Source: Candidatus Thorarchaeota archaeon (lineage in GTDB: Archaea; Asgardarchaeota; Thorarchaeia; Thorarchaeales; Thorarchaeaceae). Taken from it: DNA of 64,000 nucleotides. Position 1 is the stretch's first letter. Every line of letters starts with the position of its first letter. The notes beneath the pieces were generated by a model. The model was not told the DNA's origin. It did no database searches and was given only the letters and a program-made list of their open reading frames with translations. The position numbers were made by a program, and so were the translations under genes. The stretch is taken from assembly GCA_048882325.1 (NCBI GenBank), contig JBHLRS010000003.1, forward strand, positions 82,279 through 146,278. The letters are read 5' to 3'. Below are positions 9,891 through 19,168 of this stretch, piece by piece.

Positions 9891-11423
9891 ATGCCAGTCA
9901 TGATTGACGGTGAGAGTCTCACAATCGAAGATGTTGTGCAGGTGGCAAGACATAACGAACCAGTCATTCTGGACGACGAAGCTATCCCCCGAATCAAGAG
10001 CAGTAGGGCAGTCGTGGAAACTGCCATCAAAGAGGGAGAAGTAGTCTATGGTGTCAATACTGGTTTTGGAGACCTCTCAGATGTACCAGTAAACAAAGTG
10101 GATTTAGCTCGCTTGCAGGTGAATCTGATTCGCAGCCACAGTGCAGGAGTTGGACCTCCCTTTTCAAAGGAAGTTGTCAGAGGAATGATGCTTCTACGAG
10201 CTAATGCATTGGCAAAAGGCTACTCTGGCGTTCGTGTGGAGGTCATCGAAACCCTCATCGAGATGTTGAACAAGGATGTAGTTCCAGTCATACCTCAGCA
10301 GGGATCAGTTGGATCTAGTGGCGATCTTGCACCCTTGGCACATATGGCACTTGTTCTTATTGGTGAGGGTGAGGCCTACATTTCGGGCAAGGTTCTCAGT
10401 GGCAAAGAGGCTCTAAACAAGGCTAAAATCAAACCGCTTGTATTGCAAGCGAAGGAGGGTGTGGCATTGATCAACGGCACACAGCCAATGAGTGCAGTTG
10501 GGACTCTCGCTGTTCATGATGCTTTGAATTTGGTTCTTGATGCAACCATCGCATCCTCCATGAGTCTTGAAGCACTGCGTGGGACTCGAGTGGCTGCAGA
10601 TGAAAGGATTCATTCTACTAGACCTCACGAGGGACAGACTGATGTGGCCAGGGCTCAGAGGAAGATACTCCTGGACAGTGAGATTAACCAATCACATGCA
10701 GATTGTGGAAAAGTACAAGATGCGTACTCACTACGCTGTATCCCACAGGTTCTAGGTGCATCATTGGATGCGATACGCTACGTATATAGTGTTCTGGAGG
10801 TAGAAATTAATGCGGCAACAGACAATCCTCTAGTGTTTGGTGCTGACGGAGTTGTCTTGTCTGGAGGAAACTTTCATGGTCAACCTATCGCACTCGCTAT
10901 GGACTTTCTAGGAATTGCAGTGTCTGAGATAGCAAGTATATCAGAAAGGAGAGTCAATCGTCTCGTCAATCCAAACTTGAGTGAACTACCTGCTTTTCTT
11001 ACTACTGAAGGTGGGTTGGAATCTGGCATGATGATTGCTCAATATACTGCTGCTGCGCTCGTTTCAGAGAACAAGATACTAGCCCATCCAGCAAGTGTTG
11101 ATTCCATTCCTACTAGTGCTGATCAAGAGGATCACGTAAGCATGGGAACAATAGCCGCACGCAAGGCTGCGAACATACTCGAAAATGCACAGAATGTTGT
11201 CGCAATCGAATACATGTGTGCAAGTCAGGGCCTAGATTATCTTGCTCCATTACAACCATCAGAGCCTCTTGGCGAAGCTTTCAAGGTTATCCGGACCGCT
11301 GTACCCAAGTTAGAAGATGATCGCTCCTTAGCTCCTGACATCAGTAAGATTCGAGACCTGATGCTTGCAGGGGCCATCGCAGGTTCAGTTGAGTCAATCA
11401 CTGGTCCTCTGTTTGAGAATTAA
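9891..11423 (+). CDS. hutH: Histidine ammonia-lyase
   Basis: VYGVNTGFG, GSVGSSGDLAPLAH, QDAYSLRC, GGNFHG, EDHVSMG; ATG at 9891. Confidence 0.97.
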   Translation: MPVMIDGESLTIEDVVQVARHNEPVILDDEAIPRIKSSRAVVETAIKEGEVVYGVNTGFGDLSDVPVNKVDLARLQVNLIRSHSAGVGPPFSKEVVRGMMLLRANALAKGYSGVRVEVIETLIEMLNKDVVPVIPQQGSVGSSGDLAPLAHMALVLIGEGEAYISGKVLSGKEALNKAKIKPLVLQAKEGVALINGTQPMSAVGTLAVHDALNLVLDATIASSMSLEALRGTRVAADERIHSTRPHEGQTDVARAQRKILLDSEINQSHADCGKVQDAYSLRCIPQVLGASLDAIRYVYSVLEVEINAATDNPLVFGADGVVLSGGNFHGQPIALAMDFLGIAVSEIASISERRVNRLVNPNLSELPAFLTTEGGLESGMMIAQYTAAALVSENKILAHPASVDSIPTSADQEDHVSMGTIAARKAANILENAQNVVAIEYMCASQGLDYLAPLQPSEPLGEAFKVIRTAVPKLEDDRSLAPDISKIRDLMLAGAIAGSVESITGPLFEN

Positions 11424-12694
11424 GGTCCAAGCCTTGTATGAATCACCTGCCCATTGGAAATCACTGTGTGAACAAGATTTACCCCAAATCTCCAGGTGAG
11501 AAATTCAGGATTGGGACAGTCGAGAATGAGAATGTCCGCGGTTTTCCCAACCTCGATACTCCCATAACTTGAACCTCGATCCAATGCATGCGCTGCGTTG
11601 ATTGTGACGGCAGAAAGAGCTTCTCTTGGTTTCATTTTCATTTTGTAGCATGCGAGTGCAATTGTGAAAAATAACGACTCGTTTGCGCAATTGGGATTGA
11701 AATCAGTGGCTAATGCAACGGGAAGTCCCATATCAATCATCTTGCGTGCGTCAGCATAATTAGTGTCCAAACTGAATGCCGTTGCAGGTAGTAATGTGGC
11801 AATCGTTCCAGCTTTCAACATATCTTCTAACCCATCATCTGATGCCATTAATAGATGGTCGGCTGAAACAGCACCAACCTCTGCAGCAAGAGATGCACCC
11901 CCCAGTTGAACAATCTCATCAGCATGAACCTTGAGCTTCATTCCTTCCTCTTTTGCAGCCAAAAGGATGCTCCGAGACTGTTCAACATCGAACACACCCT
12001 GCTCACAGAACACATCGCAAAACTCCGCAAGTCCGCTCTCCGCCACATCTGGCATCATCTCATCAGTAACCAGACTAACATAAGCATCAGTCTTTCCATC
12101 ATACTCTGGAGGGACTGCATGAGCACCCATGAAGGTTGATACAAAATTGATAGGTAGTTTTTCACGTAGCTCATTCACCGCTCTGAGCATCTTCAGTTCA
12201 TTCTCATTGTCGAGACCATAACCACTCTTTACTTCTATTGTAGTACTTCCCATGCTTAGCATTCCTTCTGCATAGGAAAATGCATTCCTGACCAACTCAT
12301 CTTGGCTCGCTGTTCTTGTTGAACGTAGAGTACTTAGAATCCCCCCACCAGCCTCAAGAATCTCAATATAGGATTTTCCAGCCAACTTCATCGCAAAGTC
12401 ATTCTCTCGAGACCCTCCAAATGCAAGATGTGTATGGCTGTCAATGAAACCCGGTGTAGCAAGCATTCCAGGAAACTCCATTACTGGGAATCTCGGTTCC
12501 TCAGTCATCAGTGCAAGTATATCCTTAGTAGGTCCGACTGCCATAATTTTGTCATTTTTGATTGCAATGGCGCCGTTTTCAATGATTGAAATCTCATTCA
12601 ACTGTTCTCCAGTCTTTGGAGCATTGCTATACCCTTCCAGAGTTGCAATTTGTCCTATATTTGTGAGGAGGAGGTCTGGTTTCATTCTGGTCAC
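11420..12694 (-). CDS. hutI: Imidazolonepropionase
   Basis: PGFIDSHTH, EVKSGYG, DVFCE, HADE, SADHL, ATDFNP. Confidence 0.96.
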   Translation of the reverse strand: MTRMKPDLLLTNIGQIATLEGYSNAPKTGEQLNEISIIENGAIAIKNDKIMAVGPTKDILALMTEEPRFPVMEFPGMLATPGFIDSHTHLAFGGSRENDFAMKLAGKSYIEILEAGGGILSTLRSTRTASQDELVRNAFSYAEGMLSMGSTTIEVKSGYGLDNENELKMLRAVNELREKLPINFVSTFMGAHAVPPEYDGKTDAYVSLVTDEMMPDVAESGLAEFCDVFCEQGVFDVEQSRSILLAAKEEGMKLKVHADEIVQLGGASLAAEVGAVSADHLLMASDDGLEDMLKAGTIATLLPATAFSLDTNYADARKMIDMGLPVALATDFNPNCANESLFFTIALACYKMKMKPREALSAVTINAAHALDRGSSYGSIEVGKTADILILDCPNPEFLTWRFGVNLVHTVISNGQVIHTRLGP

Positions 12695-12800
12695 ACAATC
12701 ATAAGATACGGACTATCTGATTTAGATTATGCTTCAACGAATCAGACGGATTAATTAGGGTTGACCCCTCGAAACCCACAAGGCAGTACAGGAGCACTAA

Positions 12801-13385
12801 ATGATGGACTATTTAATTCTTAGCTGGAGCGATGTTTACAACCTGACTCTCCAACTCTCAGAAAGAATTGTGGATAGTGGATTCGTTCCTGATGTCATTG
12901 TAGGAATTGCGAGAGGGGGCTGGATTCCAGCACGAATACTCTCAGATGTTCTCTATGCAAATACTCTACAGAACATCCGTATAGAGTACTATACTGATGT
13001 AGGTGCAAAAGGGAAAGAGCCTAGAATTACTCAACCCCTCACAGGGTCAATGAAGAACAAAACTATGCTTTTGGTAGATGAGGTTTCAGATACCGGAGAT
13101 ACACTGTCCCACGCTATCGAGCATGTGAAAGAGCTTGGGGTTTCCGAGGTACGATCGGCAGTACTCCACTACAAACCTACATCAATTGTGAAACCTGACT
13201 ATTTTATGGTCGAAACAACAAGCTGGACAGTTTATCCATGGGAGAATCGTGCATCAATAATTGATCTCGTCAAAATCTTCAAGAAAGAAGATGAGTCACT
13301 CACTATGAAGCAAATTCGTGATAAACTAGTGTTCGAGGTTGGATTCGAACCAACAGTTGCAGATTACTTCATCAAGCGTTTATGA
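12801..13385 (+). CDS. Type I phosphoribosyltransferase (purine salvage-like)
   Basis: GIARGG, LLVDEVSDTGDTL PRPP loop, W.VYPWE. Confidence 0.9.
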   Translation: MMDYLILSWSDVYNLTLQLSERIVDSGFVPDVIVGIARGGWIPARILSDVLYANTLQNIRIEYYTDVGAKGKEPRITQPLTGSMKNKTMLLVDEVSDTGDTLSHAIEHVKELGVSEVRSAVLHYKPTSIVKPDYFMVETTSWTVYPWENRASIIDLVKIFKKEDESLTMKQIRDKLVFEVGFEPTVADYFIKRL

Positions 13386-13400
13386 AGTGAGGTTAACCCA

Positions 13401-13982
13401 TTGCGGATCGTGCAGATAGGGAGTGAAGATGAAAAGAAGATTGTTGGCATCACTGAGGTTCAGAATCTGAGGGGACTCAACCAGAAGGAGTTGATAGACC
13501 TTGCCGCCTCCCAATCAGGTGATCACCTCACAGTGCAACTTCTCAATGGACTGTTAATCGCTGATGAAATACACCTGCTTTCTGCTGCACAGAACGCCAT
13601 AAATGCGCAAAATGGGAATTACATGCTCTCTAGGAGTTTAGATGTGGAAATCATTGTATTTGCTTCGACACAGCGACAAATAGGAAGGGCTCTCGACACT
13701 CTGGGAGTCTATGATGGTCTTGAAGAGATCGCAGTCGTTATAGTGGGACCTGACGTCGCTTCAGTGGAACGTACTATTCTTTTTCTGGTTGAGCGAGTGG
13801 GTGATGAGATAATTCCACCATTCCCAGATACCAGAGAACGAATTAAGCGAATCAAAGATCACTATCAGATTAGTGACAAAGAAATTGATGCAATATCAGA
13901 AGCAGACGATGTTGAATCAAGAATGATTGCCCTCTCACGTTGTCTTGCTAGCAGGGTGGCTCTCGTTGCATTAGAAACTTGA
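13401..13982 (+). CDS. cgi121: KEOPS complex subunit Cgi121
   Basis: HLLSA..NA...SRSLDVEIIVFASTQRQI..AL..LGV. Confidence 0.85.
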   Translation: MRIVQIGSEDEKKIVGITEVQNLRGLNQKELIDLAASQSGDHLTVQLLNGLLIADEIHLLSAAQNAINAQNGNYMLSRSLDVEIIVFASTQRQIGRALDTLGVYDGLEEIAVVIVGPDVASVERTILFLVERVGDEIIPPFPDTRERIKRIKDHYQISDKEIDAISEADDVESRMIALSRCLASRVALVALET

Positions 13983-13983
13983 A

Positions 13984-14517
13984 TCAATACATGTCATCGC
14001 GCATAGTCATGATAGACAGAATATCAGTCTTATCTTCAATCACGGAGAGACCTGTCCATTCTCCAACAATCTCGACCAACACCGTTTTGTCAGGTTCATC
14101 TAAGTCGACTCTCCGAGGAATTACAGATGCGACAGCCTTGACCACATCCATGTTCTCCAGCTCTGTATGGCGTCGTCTAACCGTCACTCGAAAGCTCTCA
14201 TCTTCTCCAATCTTATGAAGTAATCTCTCAGTAGCTTCCACAATGGAAGCCATTTCTGATTCTACACATTCTTCCAAAGGAGTGAATTTAATGGCAAATC
14301 GGAATTGATAGGGATTCTCAATTGCCAATTCTCTGAGGTGTTTTATCACCTCAAAGGGATTGAGTGATGTTCTACAAGCAAGAAGCCCAGATATTGGTGT
14401 TCGCGAAACCTTGAAACCAGGATCTTCCAACAAATCTCCAATGAAGTATCTGATCTCTGATATTGCAGCACGTTCACGGTCTCTTGGACATGCTACAAGT
14501 AAATTGTATTCTCGCAG
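13984..14517 (-). CDS. THUMP domain RNA-binding protein
   Basis: SFRVTVRRR, VDLDEPDKTVLVEI; N-terminal YNLLVAC segment lies upstream of the ORF-track start, with probable CTG start at 14517. Confidence 0.85.
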   Translation of the reverse strand: MREYNLLVACPRDRERAAISEIRYFIGDLLEDPGFKVSRTPISGLLACRTSLNPFEVIKHLRELAIENPYQFRFAIKFTPLEECVESEMASIVEATERLLHKIGEDESFRVTVRRRHTELENMDVVKAVASVIPRRVDLDEPDKTVLVEIVGEWTGLSVIEDKTDILSIMTMRDDMY

Positions 14518-14527
14518 TCTCTCCGCC

Positions 14528-15235
14528 TCACATATCCGCGTCGATGATTCGTGTACTCCAGAATCTCATTGCATCCGAATCAACCCTCAAATTCGCTTCA
14601 ATCTGTGTGATGGGTAAGGCACCTTCTCTGTAAATCTTGATATTCAGGGGGTCTCCCTTTGTTTCAGATTCTTCAACACCAACTATGGTAGAGTTGTCAT
14701 GAGCTAATGATGGCCCGCCATCGATATACAGATCAACCTCGTCACCAAGCTGTTCCACTGCAACTGACAAGTTGAATGGACTTGGACCACCACTTCGATT
14801 TGCACTAGTTCCAACAATGGGCCCTCCGATTTTCTTAGCAATCCCCCGTGGCACTACATGATCTGGTACTCGGACAGCTATTGTTTTCCTACCAGCTGTG
14901 ATATGTGCCGGTACATCAGGGTTTGGCTCAACAATCAATGTTAGAGCTCCTGGCCAAAACATCCTTGCAATGACCATTTCCAGTCCATGAAAATCGTGAT
15001 ATATTCCACACTGAGATTCATCTGCGAATAATAATGGAAAACCAAGTCTTCGATCTCGTCGCTTTACAGCAATGAGTCTTTCCAACGCTTCACGGTTTCT
15101 TGGGTCACAACCGAGTCCATAACTTGTGTCGGTCGGATATGCGACAATACCCCCTGCAGCAATTACCTCTGCAGCTCTCTCGATGGCAGCTTCACTTTTC
15201 TGAAGATCCTCGATTCGCATGATTTCAGTGCTCAA
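14528..15235 (-). CDS. sua5: L-threonylcarbamoyladenylate synthase (Sua5/TsaC, YrdC domain only)
   Basis: YPTDTSYGL, K.R, FWPGALT, AVRVP, GTSANRSG. Confidence 0.93.
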   Translation of the reverse strand: MSTEIMRIEDLQKSEAAIERAAEVIAAGGIVAYPTDTSYGLGCDPRNREALERLIAVKRRDRRLGFPLLFADESQCGIYHDFHGLEMVIARMFWPGALTLIVEPNPDVPAHITAGRKTIAVRVPDHVVPRGIAKKIGGPIVGTSANRSGGPSPFNLSVAVEQLGDEVDLYIDGGPSLAHDNSTIVGVEESETKGDPLNIKIYREGALPITQIEANLRVDSDAMRFWSTRIIDADM

Positions 15236-15310
15236 TTATGTTCCCATCTTAATCCCTGCAAACACACATATGGCCCTTACGTTCGAAGGACAATCTAAGG
15301 AGGAATTCAC

Positions 15311-16315
15311 ATTCACGGAGTGATTCTCGCAGCTGGCAAGGGAGAACGCCTAGGACCTCTATCATCAGCGATTCCCAAAGCACTGGTCAATGTTGCAGGC
15401 AAAACCCTCCTAGAGTGGGCTATAGAACGACATACTCTTGCAGGAATTGACAATGTAGTCATTGCTGTTGGATGGAAAGGCTCGTTAATTGAGAAATTCA
15501 TAGTCGAGTCAAGCCTGAATGTAAGAGTTGTTCATGTTCCCAACTATGAGATTGGCCCTCTCCAGACATTTCTCACTGCCATTGAAACCTTTGATGGTAG
15601 CTTCCTCCTTTCCCCAGTTGACGCATTAGTCGAACCGGCAACTATGGTCGGGATTCTCAATCATCATTCTGATGAACAACTTACACTCGGAACAAGCTCC
15701 TCAAAAGTACTTGGAACTCTTGTACAATGTGGACCGGACGGTATAGTCACTGCAATTGCAGATAATGTTTTGAACAGCGATGATGCAGTACGGAGTGCAA
15801 TGTTGCTTATTGCACACACCAGGATCAGAGATCTCTGTAAATCCGCTCTCGATAATGGGAAGACAAGAGTAGTACAGTTACTGGATCAAATGGTGATGAA
15901 TGGTACTCTAATTAGCTGTTATGAGGTTTCACATCCTTGGTTCGATATTGACACCCTGTCAGACCTTCTTAGGGCGAATCAATATTTCCTTCAACGAAAC
16001 AACATTGCTCGAAACGATGCACTCCATATTCCATCAGGTGATAGTGTTGATTTTGATGACAGTCTATCACTTCAACCCAACATCCGGTTAGGAAAAGGAA
16101 CATCACTTCAAGGGCCCGTATTGATATCCTCTGATTGCGTAATAGGAGAAGACTGCAAAATTGGTCCCAATGTCACTATTGGTACCAATACTCAGGTTTC
16201 AAAGGGCTCAGAAATAACAGATTCGGTAATTTTTGGCGAGTCGAAGGTGTCAGCAAATTGCCGCATCCACATGAGTGTAGTATTCCATTCCAACATGTAC
16301 AAAGCAGAGGTGTAG
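15311..16315 (+). CDS. NDP-sugar pyrophosphorylase-like nucleotidyltransferase with C-terminal left-handed beta-helix
   Basis: ILAAGKGERL..L....PKAL, WFDIDT, hexapeptide repeats; start ATT 15311 or GTG 15320. Confidence 0.85.
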   Translation: MHGVILAAGKGERLGPLSSAIPKALVNVAGKTLLEWAIERHTLAGIDNVVIAVGWKGSLIEKFIVESSLNVRVVHVPNYEIGPLQTFLTAIETFDGSFLLSPVDALVEPATMVGILNHHSDEQLTLGTSSSKVLGTLVQCGPDGIVTAIADNVLNSDDAVRSAMLLIAHTRIRDLCKSALDNGKTRVVQLLDQMVMNGTLISCYEVSHPWFDIDTLSDLLRANQYFLQRNNIARNDALHIPSGDSVDFDDSLSLQPNIRLGKGTSLQGPVLISSDCVIGEDCKIGPNVTIGTNTQVSKGSEITDSVIFGESKVSANCRIHMSVVFHSNMYKAEV

Positions 16316-16318
16316 ATA

Positions 16319-16927
16319 CTGCCTAGTAAGTTTAGAGTCAGACGAATATTCAAGGGCTTAGTTCTATGGATAGCACGTCCACTTGCAAGAGCAGGAGTGC
16401 GACCAAATACGATTACGTATGTCAGTTTGCTTTTGGCTCTCCTTGCTGCTCTAATTCTAAATATATCAGGATCCTCAATTCTCTTCGGTATTCTAGTTTT
16501 TCTTTCAGGTCTTTTCGATGGTGTTGATGGGGCAGTAGCTCGCGAGGGTGATGTCGCCTCGGATGTAGGCGCTTTCACTGACTCTGTCACAGACAAGGTT
16601 TCGGAAGTCGTCATTCTAGCTGGAATCGCAGTGGAGTTTTCTGGTCAGACCTTCCTCAATATGCTTGTAGAATGGTGGGTAATCATAGCAATCATAGGTT
16701 GGTTGCTAACCAGCTACACGCGGTCTCGAGCAGCTAGTCTGGGCGTATCAGATCTAGACATCGGATTGGGAGCCCGCTCTGAAAGACTATTCACCTTGGT
16801 AGTGTTTTCCGTCCTGAATCTACTTCTCTGGGGCTTGGTGGTGGTCAGCTTAATGGGAGTCCTTACAGCAGGATACAGGTTCTACAGATACCAAAGTGAT
16901 ATTGTCAATCAACAAATGGAAGGCTGA
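16319..16927 (+). CDS. CDP-alcohol phosphatidyltransferase (archaetidylinositol-phosphate synthase-like)
   Basis: PNTIT, DGVDGAVAR, GAFTDSVTDK, SYTRSRA; N-terminus extends to CTG 16319. Confidence 0.9.
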   Translation: MPSKFRVRRIFKGLVLWIARPLARAGVRPNTITYVSLLLALLAALILNISGSSILFGILVFLSGLFDGVDGAVAREGDVASDVGAFTDSVTDKVSEVVILAGIAVEFSGQTFLNMLVEWWVIIAIIGWLLTSYTRSRAASLGVSDLDIGLGARSERLFTLVVFSVLNLLLWGLVVVSLMGVLTAGYRFYRYQSDIVNQQMEG

Positions 16928-16981
16928 TGCAGACCATCATACTTAAGAGCCAAATCAATCAGGCCGGCAACGAATCACTGA

Positions 16982-17416
16982 TTGGAGTTCCAATTCATGG
17001 CCAAATTCAGAGCAGATCACTACCTTATTGCTGAGTTTGAACAACTATCCGACACAAAAGCGACTGGAGAACAAGTCCTTGTAGCACTAAAGGAGCTACC
17101 TGAATTGAAGGACCTAGCAATTGTTTCCAAAAGAATGGAGGGTAAGTCTTGGTCCGAAATCCTGGGTCGAATCGATGTTCCAACAGGATCAAAGGCATTT
17201 TGGGCCATGATAAAGAAAGATGTAAGTGAGCGAGAGCCCTATCACCTGTTCATTAGGTTCGATATGAACGCTGAGGGTGACACCATAGATGATGCACGGT
17301 CCAATGTCAAATCCTGGGTGGAGAACAACGTGGTCCCAAGGATTGAATCGAAGACCAAGGTGAAAACAATCAAGGTACTTCAAGCGAATGAAATCTTCAT
17401 GCCAAAACTGGACTGA
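16982..17416 (+). CDS. Hypothetical protein
   Basis: 144-aa ORF with upstream CTTAAG box; no family recognised. Confidence 0.6.
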   Translation: MEFQFMAKFRADHYLIAEFEQLSDTKATGEQVLVALKELPELKDLAIVSKRMEGKSWSEILGRIDVPTGSKAFWAMIKKDVSEREPYHLFIRFDMNAEGDTIDDARSNVKSWVENNVVPRIESKTKVKTIKVLQANEIFMPKLD

Positions 17417-17422
17417 CTGTTA

Positions 17423-18430
17423 TTACTCCTCTAGAACATCAATGAGGTAAAGGTCACTTCCCACTGCTTGAACAAGCTCGGGTCGTGAGTCGCCATCGAT
17501 ATCACCAATAGCAAGATGCGAATCTGTAGACTTCCTCGATGTCTTCAGTGAACTATCCTCAATTATTCTTCTGCCAACAAACCCAAGAACGGTGATTGTT
17601 GAGTTCGAATGACTTGAAACTATCTGTCCATCTCCGTTATCCCAGAAATTACCAATCCTGATCGATGTCACAGGCTTTGGAGCTTTTACTGTATCGTGTC
17701 TCTCCATGGCCCCTTTCACAATACCAAACAAGGTCAGGTTACGCCCATCCGACACGGTGACGACTTCAGAATTTCCATCTTGGGTCATATCTCCTGTAGC
17801 CACAAGACCAATCTCTCCCCCAGCACTTATTTTTGCACGTTCGTGGAGTCTATCGTCTGCATATTGATAGACAAAGAGATACCCTGAGTCATCCCCAAAG
17901 ACAAAACGACTGTATGGGAGACCCTTGCTGTGTAGTGGTTGAATGGAGAAGACAGGTCTCTCCAGCACCTTGTGTGCAAGTTTGTCCAAAGCCACATCGT
18001 ACCAGCCATAGCAACGTAGATTTCCATCAGTCGTGGCTGCTATAACTTCAGACCTATCATCATTTAGAACATTGAGAACAACAACTGCTGTTGGAAGACT
18101 ACCCAAGGGAGTTGTTGCCATCACCCGCAGTTCCTCATCCATATGGACAAGCACTCGAAGGATGTTGTCAAGCCCTCCAATCACAAAATCTGGCTTCCCG
18201 TTTCCAATCACATCCCCGATGCCCATTGCAGCTAGGGGAGGGAGACCACTCACACGTCCAATCTCATTGGCTTCAGGATTCGCCCCTTCCTCAATCTGAT
18301 AGACTATCACATCACCATTCAAATTAGAAATGACAGGATTTGTTTTTCCATCACCAGATAGGTCGACAAGCTCTACAGATGTGATGACCTCTTTGAAGGA
18401 TAACTTTGAGATAACTTCAAGATTGGTCAT
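17423..18430 (-). CDS. FG-GAP-like repeat beta-propeller, no signal peptide
   Basis: Repeats DLSGDGK, GDVIGNGKPDFVIG, NDDRSEVIAA, GDMTQDGNSEVV, GDIDGDSRPELV. Confidence 0.75.
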   Translation of the reverse strand: MTNLEVISKLSFKEVITSVELVDLSGDGKTNPVISNLNGDVIVYQIEEGANPEANEIGRVSGLPPLAAMGIGDVIGNGKPDFVIGGLDNILRVLVHMDEELRVMATTPLGSLPTAVVVLNVLNDDRSEVIAATTDGNLRCYGWYDVALDKLAHKVLERPVFSIQPLHSKGLPYSRFVFGDDSGYLFVYQYADDRLHERAKISAGGEIGLVATGDMTQDGNSEVVTVSDGRNLTLFGIVKGAMERHDTVKAPKPVTSIRIGNFWDNGDGQIVSSHSNSTITVLGFVGRRIIEDSSLKTSRKSTDSHLAIGDIDGDSRPELVQAVGSDLYLIDVLEE

Positions 18431-18573
18431 GTGGGGCGTCCTCTATATTGAAAATGCAGGAAACCTCGTTATAATTAAAACTTGTTCCATCATGCTCAAC
18501 CTATCGTTTGGACCAACCTCAGAGATTATGAACTGATGAGCTTAAGACCCCCTTTGCTGAAAGTGAATACGCT

Positions 18574-19119
18574 ATGAGTGAGAGAAAATCAATTCCAAAG
18601 TTGGATAATGAACTCTGGACTGAGAACGCTGAATCTGTATCCAAGGAACTACGTGAATTTGCACAAGAGTTTGGATCTTTCACTCCTGAGCTCTTTGTCC
18701 AAATCAAGTTTCATCTGCTCAAGGGTCAAGGTTTCACAAAACAGAGTAGAGATGAACTATGTGAGCTTTCAATTCATGGTAAAACTTGTCCCAAATGTGA
18801 CCTGCTTTATGTTGCGAAGAAGTGTCTACTGTGGTATCGCTTATTCTGGACAATTAGACCAATATACATTGAGCGAGCTCCACCATGCATAAAACTTGCA
18901 TTTGAAAAGAACAGCATTAAGACCGTCACAAGTTATCTTGCAAGAATCAACGTCTTCAATCCACCATTCTATATACCAAAAGGAGGAACCTCCTGTAACT
19001 CAATGCGTCGTTATGGCTATTGCAGACCTAATGAATACTGCAGGGCAATGACTTCTGATTACATCTTAGAATACAATTCAGCTCGAGAGCGCGTGAAACA
19101 ATCTCGGAAGTTGGGGTAG
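18574..19119 (+). CDS. Cys-rich protein resembling the primase large-subunit C-terminal Fe-S domain
   Basis: PPCI ... Y.....SCNSMRRYGYC.PNEYC four-Cys pattern. Confidence 0.55.
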   Translation: MSERKSIPKLDNELWTENAESVSKELREFAQEFGSFTPELFVQIKFHLLKGQGFTKQSRDELCELSIHGKTCPKCDLLYVAKKCLLWYRLFWTIRPIYIERAPPCIKLAFEKNSIKTVTSYLARINVFNPPFYIPKGGTSCNSMRRYGYCRPNEYCRAMTSDYILEYNSARERVKQSRKLG

Positions 19120-19168
19120 TGATGTCTTAAATACCAGCATAGACCCTGTTTATTGGGGTCTCTAGGTT

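Noticed and set aside
18533-18560. TGATGA...CTGA half C/D motif
   Set aside because: No second guide or terminal stem; overlaps a probable promoter box
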